Positions 34,366 to 45,369 of a stretch of DNA of 64,000 nt are shown one piece after another. The first letter of the stretch is position 1. Every line of letters starts with the position of its first letter. The position numbers were made by a program, and so were the translations under genes. This DNA is from the human T2T-CHM13v2.0 reference genome, Homo sapiens: assembly GCF_009914755.1 (NCBI RefSeq), contig NC_060925.1. One strand, written 5' to 3'. The notes below the pieces were generated by a model. It was not told where the DNA came from. It saw only the letters and a program-made list of their open reading frames with translations, and made no database searches.

Positions 34366-34520
34366 CGTTATTACTGTTGAATAATAGTCTGATCACTGAG
34401 TTCTTAAACAACTCCATGAGGTAGGCATTCATATTCTGTCTGTTTCACAGATGAGGCTCAGAAAAGCTAAGTGTTTGTCCTAAGATCACAGTTAGGAAGT
34501 GTCTGAGACCCAGGTCACTG

Positions 34521-35002
34521 TGAGGGAAGAGAGAGACCCTCTCATATTGTTTTATATTGTTTTATACTCAGTACCTGTTTTAAGGAAAAACAACAAGGAA
34601 GTAAAACCAAAGACAGGCAGTCCGGCGCCAGGCCCGAAACCAGGCCTGGGCCTGCCTGGCCTAAACCCAGTAGTTAAAAATCAACTCATAACTTAGAAAC
34701 TGATGTTATTCATAGATTCCAGACATTGTATAGAAGAACATTGTGAAACTCCCTGCCCTGTTCTGTTTCTCTCTGACCACCGGTGCATGCAGCCCCTGTC
34801 ACATACCGCCTGCTTGCTCAAATCAATCATGACCCTTTCATGTGAAATCTTTAGTATTGTGAGCCCTTAAAAGGGACGGAAATTGTGCATTCGGGGAGCT
34901 CGGATTTTAAGGCAGTAGCCTGCTGATGCTCCCAGCTGAATAAAGCCCTTCCTTCTACAATTTGGTGTCTGAGGGGTTTTGTCTGCGGCTCGTCCTGCTA
35001 CA
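34521..35002 (+). promoter_or_regulatory. 5' LTR (LTR2B-like); candidate promoter of RHEX-direction transcripts
   Basis: TATA-like 'ccttaaaa' near 34865, AATAAA 34939-34944, downstream leader donor TTG|GTAAGA at 35267/35268; family and RHEX link are from recall. Confidence 0.8.
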
Positions 35003-35007
35003 TTTCT

Positions 35008-35025
35008 TGGTTCCCTGACCAGGAA
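35008..35025 (+). other. Primer-binding site, tRNA-Glu
   Basis: tggttccctgaccaggaa versus expected TGGTTCCCTGACCGGGAA (1 mismatch). Confidence 0.9.
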
Positions 35026-37729
35026 ACGAGGTAACTGATGGACAGCCGAGGCAGCCCCTTAGGCGGCTTAGGCCTCCCCTGTGGAGCATCCCTGAGGCGG
35101 ACTCCGGCCAGCCCGAGTGACGCGATCCAAAGAGCACTCCCGGGTAGGAAATTGCCCCGGTGGAATGCCTCACCAGAGCAGCGTGTAGCAGTTCCCTGTG
35201 GAGGATTAACACAGTGGCTGAACACCGGGAAGGAACTGGCACTTGGAGTCCGGACATCTGAAACTTGGTAAGACTAGTCTTTGGAACTTGCCCCACTCCA
35301 TCTAGGTGGAAGTGTGGCCTGATCACCCACGACATGCCTGCATTGGCACTTCTGTTCTGGTTTTGACTTGACTTAGATTGTGTGATACTTTGGTTTTGGT
35401 TTTGGTTTTGACCTGGCTTGGATTTCTGGATACTCTGATTTTGGTTTTGATTTTGGTTTGGTGTAAACTGCAAGAGTGTGTATGCCCTTTTTACCTGTTT
35501 TTTTGTTTGTGGCATGTGTGTGGTGTGGGTGTGGTGTTTTGTCTCGAAGAAGCATGGGTCAGGTACAAATAAGCCCACCCCACTAGGAACTATGTTAAAA
35601 AAAAATTCAAGAAAGAATTTAAGGGAGATTACAGTGTTACTGTGACACCAGGAAAACTTAGAACTTTGTGTGAAATAGACTGGCCAGCATTAGAGGTGGG
35701 TTGGCCATCAGAAGGAAGCCTGGACAGGTCCCTTGTTTCAAAGGTATGACACAAGGTAACCCGTAAGCCAAGGCACCCAGACCAGTTTCCATACATAGAA
35801 AGTTACAGCTGCTTTTATACCCCCTTGCCCCGCCAACGTAGTTAAGAGAACAGCAGCATAAGCGGCTGGCAGAGGCAAGGAAAGACCAGTAGAGAGAAAA
35901 AAAGGCCATCTATACCAATTCTAAGTTAATTTAGACTAAACAAGGTCTTAATAGCAAAGGATAATTGAAATCCCAAACTTACAAGGTTTTCAACAAAAGT
36001 GAAGTTTGCTTAAAGTTAACAGTGTAACATGTATTATGGTAACTTCTAATCTTGTGGCCTTAGACAGTCTAGTCCAAAGGCATAAAGAAAGTTTGCTTTA
36101 AAAAAAAAAAAAAGGAATGGTTATCTTCAAAAAAAAAAAAAGTGGGGGGAGACAGAATTTATGTAAAAAGAGTGTTATATGGTAAATTCTTGTCCTGAAA
36201 TAAACTAACTGGTGTTTAAAGAAAAAAAATGTTTGTAATAAGTCAGAAAGTTGAGACACATTGAAGAATTGTCGGCAAAAGTCGTGAAAGAAAAAATGTT
36301 ATAAAAAAATTTATGCAAAAAATGTTGTATAATTTAAAAGTAATAAGGCCTCCTGAGTACTATTAAAAAAACAGTTTATGTGCAAGGTGTATAAGAAAAG
36401 TAAAACATACCTTTGGTAAAAAGATTATAAAGGGGCATAAGAATGTGGATTTTTACCTACATTAAAAGGTTAAAAACAATTATTGTTTTAAAAGTTTAAG
36501 CAAGTTTTAAAACGTTAATTATAAAGAAAATTCTGTGTGTAAACATATTAGCTAAAGTTAAAAAGGTATCATCCAGTTTTTCTGTGAACTGGACATTAAA
36601 GTAAAAAATGCCACAGGTTTTTCTTAAAGCATCAACCTGCTCTTTAACAAAAATTATAAAAGGTTAAAAAGAGTCTATAAAATCTTACCTTATGGTCAAA
36701 CATGAAAAATTGGATAAATATGTCTACAAGGTTTTATTAAAATTCAGTTTAAAATTAATAACACACTAATATAAAGGTAAAATTTAGCTTATCTGGTATA
36801 AAAATCATACAAGAAACATTATTAAATATAAAATGGTGTTTAGCTTTCTTTGGTCTAAAAACTAATAAAAATTGGTGCTAAAGGAAACATTCATTTTACT
36901 AGAGGATCATAAAAGTTAAAGACTTAAAACAAACTTTGGCAATTAAGACAGCACGCCAAGATGCAAGTGCCTGGCTGAAATGGATCAAATATTCCATCTG
37001 CACTTTAAACAAATGCAATTGTTATGCTTGTGCACATGGCAGGCCAGAGGCCCTGATTGTCCCCCTTCCACTAAGGTGGTCCTCCAGTTGACCAGGCATG
37101 GGCTGCAGGGTAGCTATTTTCCAGGTTTCTACAGCTTGGAGTAATAAGTCATGCCAAGCTCTCTCTGCTATATCCCAAAGTCCCTGCGGGTCAGCCCCTG
37201 AGGGCCGTCCAGCTTCCGTCTCCCAACACTAAGTTCACTTCATGTCTCTCATGGCAGGGAGGAGACTTAGCATTCCTTGGAGACCTGAAGGGATGCAGTG
37301 AGCTTAAGAATTTTCAAGAGCTTATCAGTCAGTCAGCCCTTGTTCATCCCCGAGCGGATGTGTGATGGTATTGTCGTGGACCTTTATTGGGCACTCTGCC
37401 GAATAACTAGAGTGGCACTTGTGCTTTAGCCTATTTGGCTATCCCTTTCACCCTGGCATTTCATCAACCAGAGGAAGGAAAAAAAAAATAATAAGACATC
37501 GTAAAGCGAGAGAAGCCCCTTATGGGTCTTTCAACTCTCACATCTATTTAGATGCAATCGAAGCCCCGCAAGGAACACCAGATCAATTTAAAGTCCGAAA
37601 TCAAATAGCTACAGGATTTAAGTCAATATTTTGGTAGATGACAGTCAATAAAAATGTAGATTAGATAAACTGCATCTATTACACCCAACAGCAATGAGCT
37701 TTTCATGAGTTGAAAAAAAGAAAAAACCC

Positions 37730-38270
37730 ATGTCGGCCCCAGCCCTGGGGCTACCTGACCTGACAAAACCTTTTACACTCTATGTGTCAGAAAGAGAAAA
37801 AGTGGCAGTTGGAGTTTTAACCCAGACTGTAGGGCCCTGGCCAAGGCCAGTGGCCTATCTCTCAAAACAACTAGATGAGGTTTCCAAACGCTGGCCCCCA
37901 TGTCCAAAGTCCCTGGTAGCAATAGCCCTGTTAGCACAAGAAGCAGATAAGCTAACTCTTAGACAAAACCTAAACATAAAGTCCCCCTATGCTGTGGTGA
38001 TTTTAATAAATACCAAAGGACACCATTAGCTAATGAATGCTAGACTAGCTAGATACCAAAGCTTGCTCTGTGAACATCCCCGCATAACCATTGAAGTTTG
38101 CAACACCTAAACCCCGCCACCTTCCTCCCGGTGTCAGAGAGCCCAGTTAAACATAACTGTGTAGAGGTATTGGACTCAGTTTATTCTAGTGGGCCTAACC
38201 ACCGAGACCATCCTTAAACATCAGTAGACTGGGAGCTGTACATGGATGGGAGCAGCTTCACCAACCCCTG
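37730..38270 (+). pseudogene. ERV pol fragment (RT connection domain to start of RNase H)
   Basis: APALGLPDLTKPFTLYVSE...RPVAYLSKQLD and later 'WELYMDGSSF'; stops and frameshifts. Confidence 0.9.
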
Positions 38271-38499
38271 CAAAGTGACTCTGAAGAAGACGACAAGCCC
38301 TGCTCCAGTCACACCCGGAAGCTGACTGGTCCACGCACAGCTGAAGCATGAGGAAACTCATCGCGGGACTAATTTTCCTTAAAATTTAGACTTGCACAGT
38401 AAGGACTTCAACTGACCTTCCTCAGACTGAGAACTGTTTCCAGTATATACATCAAGTCACTGAGGTAGGACAAAAGATTGCTACATTCCTATTATTTTA

Positions 38500-40330
38500 T
38501 GGTTATTATAAGTGTACCAGGACTCTAAAAGAAACTTGTTTGTATAATGCTATTCTATCCAAGGTATGTAGCCCAGGAAATAACCAACTTGATGCGTGTT
38601 ATGACCCATTTTAAGCCTCCCATGATCACAGTTTTTAAAATACAATTAAGGACTGGTCCTTTTCTAGGTGACACAAGAAAGGTAATAGCTAGAACAGAAG
38701 AAAGAGGGGTCCCCAAAAATGTAACCTTAAAATTTGACACTTGTGCCACTATTGATAGTAAGCAGCATGGATGAGGATGTGGTTCTCTAAATTGGAAAAA
38801 AAAGTTACACAGTAAAAAAAAATAAGTATATCTGTCAAGAATCATATTTATGTGAGATGTGTCAATACTGGTCTTGCGTTATTTCGGCTACTTGAAAATA
38901 AGTTAAAAAAGATAGTGTTTGGTTCCAAAAAGGAAAAGTCAGCCTCTCCTGCATGAGTGGGAGCTGCAACCTTTTAGAATTGATAATCACAAACCCCTCA
39001 GACCCAAAGTGGAATAAAGAAAAATATGTAACATTAGGCATTGATGGAAAAGGACTAGATCCTAGTGTAAGCATCCTAATAAAAGGAGAGGTTCAAAAAC
39101 GTTCTCCAGAACCAGTATTTCAGACTTTCTATGATGAACTAAATGTGCCAGTACCTGAGATTCCAGGAAAAACTAAAAATTTGTTTTTGCAATTAGCCAA
39201 ACATGTAGCCCAGTCTCTACAAGTCGCCTATGTCATGTTTGTGGAGGAACCGTAACAGGAGATCAATGGCCATGGGAAGCCCGAGAATTGGTTCCTATAG
39301 ACCCGGTTCCTGATGAATTCCCAGGCCAAAAGAACCACCCTGACAAATTTTGGGTTCTGAAAGTCTTATTATTGGACAGTATTGCATAGCTAGAGAAGGA
39401 AAAGGATTTACTCATCCTGTAGGGCAGCTTAGTTGTCTTGGGCAAAAGCTGTATAATGGTACCACAAAAACAGTTACATGGTGGAGTTCCAATTACACAG
39501 AAAAAAATCCATTCAGTAAATTTCCAAAGTTGCAGACTGTTTGGGCCCACCCAGAATTGCACTGGGACTGGACGGCCCCCACTGGGTTATACTGGATATG
39601 TGGACACAGAGCTTATGCTAAGCTGCCTGATCAGTGGACAGGTAGCTGTGTAATTGGCACCATTAAGCCATCTTTCTTCTTAGTGCCCATAAAAACAGGT
39701 AAACTTCTGGGCTTCCCAGTCTGTGCTTCCTGTGAAAAATGAAGCATAGCCATAGGTGATTGGAAAGACGATGAATGGCCCCCTGAAAAAATCTTACAAT
39801 ACTATGGACCTGCCACTTGGGCACAAGATGTCTCATGGGGATATCGAACCCCCATCTACATGCTCAACCGAATCATATGGTTACAAGCAGTTTTAGAAAT
39901 TATTACTAATAAAACCACTCAAGCCTTGACTGTTCTTGCCTGGCAAGAGACTCTGATGAGAAATGCTATCTATCAAAATAGACTAGCTCTTGATTACTTG
40001 CTAGCAGCTGAAGGAGGAGTTTGTGAAAAATTTGACCTTACTAATTATTGTCTACACATAGATGATCAGGGGCAAGTAGTTGAGGATATAGTTAAAGATA
40101 TAACAAAACTGGCACATGCACCTGTGCAAGTGTGGCACGGACTCAATCTGGGAGCCATGTTTGGAAATTGGTTCCCAGCAATAGGTGGATTTAAAACTCT
40201 TATAATAAGAGTAATAATAGTAATAGGAACCTGCTTACTGCTCCCTTGTCTGATACCTGTATTTCTCCAAATGATAAAAAACTTCGTCGCTTAACCTTAG
40301 TTCACCAAAATGCTTCAGCACAAGCATACT
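38500..40330 (+). pseudogene. ERV env remnant (SU and TM)
   Basis: GLYWICG...GSCVIGTIKPSFFL (SU end); immunosuppressive motif [18 protein letters not shown] and TM anchor in ORF 39860-40294; frameshifts and a stop at the furin site. Confidence 0.92.
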
Positions 40331-40430
40331 ATATAAATCACTATCAATCTATTGCACGAAAATACATAAGTAGCAAAAATAAGAGTGAGAACTCCCACTG
40401 ATAAAAAGTGAGAGTCTCAAAGAGGGGAAA

Positions 40431-40913
40431 TGAGGGAAGAGAGAGACCCTCTCATATTGTTTTATATTGTTTTATACTCAGTACCTCTTTTAAGAAAAAA
40501 ACAACAAGGAAGTAGAACCAAAGACAAGCAGCCCAGCGCCAGGCCCAAAACCAGGCCTGGGCCTGCCTGGCCTAAACCCAGTAGTTAAAAATCAACTCAT
40601 AACTTAGAAACTGATGTTATTCATAGATTCCAGACATTGTATAGAAGAACATTGTGAAACTCCCTGCCCTGTTCTGTTTCTCTCTGACCACCGGTGCATG
40701 CAGCCCCTGTCACATACCGCCTGCTTGCTCAAATCAATCATGACCCTTTCATGTGAAATCTTTAGTATTGTGAGCCCTTAAAAGGGACGGAAATTGTGCA
40801 TTCGGGGAGCTCGGATTTTAAGGCAGTAGCCTGCTGATGCTCCCAGCTGAATAAAGCCCTTCCTTCTACAATTCAGTGTCTGGGAGGTTTTGTCTGCGGC
40901 TCGTCCTGCTACA
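40431..40913 (+). mobile_element. 3' LTR (LTR2B-like)
   Basis: Direct repeat of 34521-35002, preceded by PPT 'aaagaggggaaa'; AATAAA 40850-40855. Confidence 0.95.
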
Positions 40914-42401
40914 ACTGGACTTTAAATCTCAAGCACTTTCATGACATCCTCCTTTGTTCTTCTTGCTCCTACCCACCTCCTCTGCCTGCCCAGGATAGGT
41001 ACTTGCCTTTCTGGCCCTGGATAGACACCCTCATGCTATCTCCCTCCTGCCGTAACAGGTGTGCTCCACTCCCACCTGCCTGCCCCAGCTGGAGACCCAA
41101 GTTCCCTTCTCATTGCTCAGGGTTTAGGTGTGTCATCTGCCTCACCCCACTCCCCCATACATCATGCCCTGTGACTTGATGCTTCATCTTGCATGGTTCA
41201 TGACTGGCGCCATGGGCACTGGAAAGGTGTGGTTTCCAAGACCCCTTCCTACCCTCCATCCAGTAGCTGTCAAAGGGAAACTTGGTGAGGTCAGCTCTCT
41301 CACTCAGAAGGGAGACAGGGAAAAAGGCAGAAAGGAAGGGAGCTGTTAGGATACCCAACAGAATCCCATCTGGCCTTGGTGCCCCTAAAGGCTGTAAAAC
41401 TTGGTACTTTTGTGTTCCCAGATGCTATTTATCCAAGGTGGCTAGTAAATTGCCTTAGTGATCCAATGGGTTCCCCCCACCCCACCTTGGCCACAGTCTC
41501 TGCATTGCACAGCCAGCTCCCCAAGACATGTGGCCTGAGGGGTGCTATCTGCTATAGGGCTGAATCATGCAGCTTCACTTTATGGGGAAGAAACAGGAAG
41601 GAGACTGAATGCAGATAAAGAGAGCTTTGGGTTTGGAGTCAAAATGCCTGACTCCAGTCCTGGCTACAGCACTTGCCTCAGGCAAGTGCCTTCCCCTGAG
41701 ATTCCTCACCTATACAATGGGAGGGTTTAAGATTCCTTTTAGCTCTGAGAATCTATGGACAGAATGTGGCTGGAGAGGGGATGGACTTTGTGTCTCCATC
41801 CCTCGAGACAGGAGAAATTCTTTCCTGGTGTGAATAATTCTCCCCTTCCCCACCAGAGCATGGGCAGGCTCCCACGCCTGCCACCTCTTCCTAGCCGTAG
41901 CTCTACTGGCCTTGCTTATGTCCTGATCCTGTCAACCCCTCTCACATGCCCTCCCCCAGGTACCTAGCACTGCACATCCTGGTTATCTCTTTTTCTGGAC
42001 CTCCTGTCATATCTGCTAACCCTTGGTAAGAATGGTAGAGCTCTGGAGTGAAACAATCACATGGAGGCAGCAGAATATACTGTGTATGAACACACGACTT
42101 AAAGTCAGAGAGATGGAGGTTTATGTCCAAACTCTGCCACTTACCAGCCCTATGACCCTGAGCAAGTGTGATCCTCAAGAGCTGTTTTTCTTTACTGTAT
42201 AATAGGAATAATGATTGTTCCTATCTCAGGTCTATATATGAAGATTAAACAAGATAATGAATGTGCCCAATATATACTAAGTTCACAATAAACAGTAGCT
42301 AATATTACCATTTAGGATTCTGTAGAGCTCATTTGCATAGGTGTGCAAGAATTACCTTCCTATCTCCTTCGTATTACTTTCCTCTCCTTCCCCTTATGCA
42401 G

Positions 42402-42450
42402 AGAACATCACCACCCTGAAGCCAGAGACTAACACTGCAGGACTCAGCAG
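42402..42450 (+). CDS. Predicted coding exon 2 of the adaptor-like gene (ENITTLKPETNTAGLS)
   Basis: Long polypyrimidine tract then gcag|; donor CAG|GTGGGT; phase 1 in, phase 2 out. Confidence 0.65.
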
Positions 42451-42727
42451 GTGGGTGAGAGAAGGGCTGGATCCATGAAGGAGGAAGGTGGGCTCCTGGG
42501 GAAGGATCTGTGGGGATTGGTGTGAGTGGGGGCCATGGTGATGGAGGCTAGAGCTGAAAAGAGGGGCTAAAATGGAGGCAGGAGATGGTTGGCCACTAAG
42601 GAGGTGAAGCCTGGAAGTGGGAGAGCTTCTACATGGGTGAGGAGGCCCCAGGGCACTTTTGTGGAGGGTCACCAAAGCCAGCCAGAGCAGCTGGATGGTC
42701 CTCATGTCTCTTAGTTGCTTCCTTCAG

Positions 42728-42834
42728 CCTAAGCACAGCAGCCACAGCCCTTTCTGGCTCCATTGCTGTGGTGTCCCTCATCTTGCTCCTGGTGGGTCTC
42801 TTGTCCATGACCCTGAAGAAATGGAGGCAAGAGA
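42728..42834 (+). CDS. Predicted coding exon 3: transmembrane helix plus basic stop-transfer
   Basis: ttccttcag| acceptor, |GTGAGT donor; LSTAATALSGSIAVVSLILLLVGLLSMTLKKWRQE; phase 2 in, phase 1 out. Confidence 0.72.
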
Positions 42835-43345
42835 GTGAGTTGAACAAGCTGGCCCTGGAACTGGGAATGAAGAGAGGAGAAACTGGGGGCAGAGATTGGG
42901 GTGTTTTTCCTATGGGGCAGTCTTGTCGGGGAGGGGAGCGGGTAGTGGGAGGGTAATATGAAGGAGATATGAAGATAAGACCTCTTCTCTAGACTTGCTG
43001 GGGACTCTGTACACAGCAATAAGAATTACTCATCACACAAGTTCTTCATGCTGAAAGCTATATATAGTATAAGCCATCTGCATATATGCTTATGGCCTAT
43101 ATGCCTCAGCTAAAAGAAATACTGATGCCAAATAATCTCTTCTAAATAATAAACAAAATTATAAATTATAAAGCGTACTCATTTCCCCTGTGTCTTCCTG
43201 GGAATTTAACTTAGTCTCAGAGGCCCAATGGGCTGAGTGTGGTGGATTTTGCATTTCAAAGTTAAGCCCTAAACCCAGCAAACAACCAAGTAAAGATGGT
43301 TATTAACCCAACTCAGACTGACTCTGAGTTTATCCATTTTTCTAG

Positions 43346-43398
43346 GACTATTTAAGAAACAACTGAGGCATCAGACCAACTTTCCCCACAAGTCCTCG
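43346..43398 (+). CDS. Predicted coding exon 4: juxtamembrane cytoplasmic segment
   Basis: catttttctag| acceptor, |GTAAGG donor; RLFKKQLRHQTNFPHKSS; phase 1 in, phase 0 out. Confidence 0.7.
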
Positions 43399-43662
43399 GT
43401 AAGGAACTAGTCCAGTCGCATGTAGAGAGGGGGATCCTGGCCTTCTGGCTGCTTCCTTACCTAGACCCCACACAGAGGGTGGTGGGAGGAGGCGGGGGGC
43501 AGATCTGGAGGAAATGCCTATGAAAACTGAGATCTAGGGCTTGTGCAGCAAGAACTCAGCATTCTACTTGCTGTCCTGTAGGGACAGCCCAATGCCTTGT
43601 TTTGTCTTTGGAAGTCCCTGGTGCCCAGCCATCTGCCTCTAACCAGGGTTCTATCTCTAAAG

Positions 43663-43821
43663 GATCTTTCCTGCCATGCTGATGCCATATATTCCAACGT
43701 GATCAACCTGGCTCCCCAGAAGGAGGACGACTTTGCTGTCTACACCAACATGCCCCCTTTTCATCACCCCAGGAGGACATTGCCAGACCAAGTGGAATAT
43801 GTCTCCATTGTATTCCACTGA
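43663..43821 (+). CDS. Predicted terminal coding exon with three tyrosine signalling motifs
   Basis: ttctatctctaaag| acceptor, phase 0; DLSCHADAIYSNVINLAPQKEDDFAVYTNMPPFHHPRRTLPDQVEYVSIVFH-stop. Confidence 0.72.
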   Translation, partial: DLSCHADAIYSNVINLAPQKEDDFAVYTNMPPFHHPRRTLPDQVEYVSIVFH

Positions 43822-43931
43822 TGGGAAGCTAATGAGATGCTCAGAGTGGGGGTCAGACCTGGCCCCAGCTGAATCTTGGCATACCCTTTGCTTTAGATTT
43901 ATGTGTGTGTTTAAAAAAAAAAAAATACATA

Positions 43932-44356
<425 letters not shown>

Positions 44357-44839
44357 TCACCCCCAGCCCCAGAGGCAGGCTCCTGAGACAGCCTGGCCAA
44401 CAAGGAAGCCCTCTGAGCTCCTGCCCCTCCTGAGGCAAAAGGGCCGAGGAGGGGGATTCAGACCATTTCAGGTCCAGCTGCTTTTGTCTCTCCAGTCTTA
44501 CCCTGTCAGGAGTTAACACCCCATGGGTGTCAACTTAGGAGTCATGCTTGTATCTGTGATCACGTGCATGGCTGACTGCCTCGTGTGTCTGCACAATACA
44601 ACTGCTGGACAATATGCCAGATGTGGAGGAGGAGGCATAGGGGGGCTGCAGGTGCCTGGGAAGTGCTTCTTACTGAGGAACTTGGTGAGCTCCCAGGAAG
44701 CATGGGGGCCACCTGAGAAAGGGGACGGGGGAGGAGTGCCAAGCGGGAAGTGGGCTGTGTGTCACCACTGGCCAGGAACAGCTCCCGTGGGAACTGTGGT
44801 AGATGACTGGAACTTTACAATTGATTTACTCCTTCTTTT

Positions 44840-45350
44840 CGTCATTCACAAGTAGTCATTAAGCACTTCCGTGATCTAGGTCCTGGGAATACAGCAGTGA
44901 TCCCAACAGACAAAGCCTTGTCCTCACAGAGCTTACCTTCTAGAACGAACAAAGAAACACATAAACACACAAAATGTCAGATGGTGGGATGTGCTACGGG
45001 GAAATAAAGCAAGCATTCCCTACCCTACACTTCCTTGTAAGAGGTAAGAGTGGGTTGCTAGTTTGTATCAGGTGTTCAGGGAAGGCCTTACTGACATTTG
45101 ACCTAAAAGAAAGGTAAGAATGTGACACCTGATGATAAATAGGGAAAGAGTATTTCAGGCAGGAGGAATGGCAGTGCAAAGGCCCTGAGGTAGACGTGTA
45201 CCTGACATGGTCAAAGAAAAGCGAGGAGATGAATGTGTCTGGAATGGAACTGGGGGGTTGCAAGGATCACAGCAAAGATGTGGGGAGAGTCAGGGTTCTT
45301 CACTATTAGGAGGGGGCTTGGAAAACGGCAAGTTTCAAGCATGGCTTGTG
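44840..45350. mobile_element. L2 LINE fragment, interrupted by the SVA and resuming after 47338
   Basis: 'cagtgcaaaggccctgaggtag' and 'acaaagccttgtcctcacagagcttaccttctag' are typical antisense-L2 motifs. Confidence 0.65.
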
Positions 45351-45369
45351 TTTTAAAAAGATTTTTCTG

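Larger units (their letters stand above)
34521..40913 (+). mobile_element. Full-length Harlequin/HERV-E-related provirus (defective)
   Basis: Paired TG...CA LTRs, 4-bp TSD ACTG (34517-34520 and 40914-40917), tRNA-Glu PBS, PPT, gag/pol/env remnants. Confidence 0.95.

Noticed and set aside
34955-35578. 207-aa antisense ORF with QN repeats
   Set aside because: Arises from (TTTTGG)n low-complexity ERV leader sequence; no protein features
42396-42398. ATG just upstream of exon 42402 as the start codon
   Set aside because: Out of frame with the ENITT reading frame and lies within the acceptor's pyrimidine tract
43641-43646. Alternative acceptor 'aaccag' for the terminal exon
   Set aside because: Would shift the frame relative to the phase-0 donor at 43398; the aag at 43660-43662 keeps it
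42402-43821. Calling these exons RHEX (C1orf186)
   Set aside because: The translation does not match the RHEX protein as I recall it (MLTEVMEVWHGL..., YENI/YVNV tail); RHEX coding exons appear to lie beyond the right edge of the window
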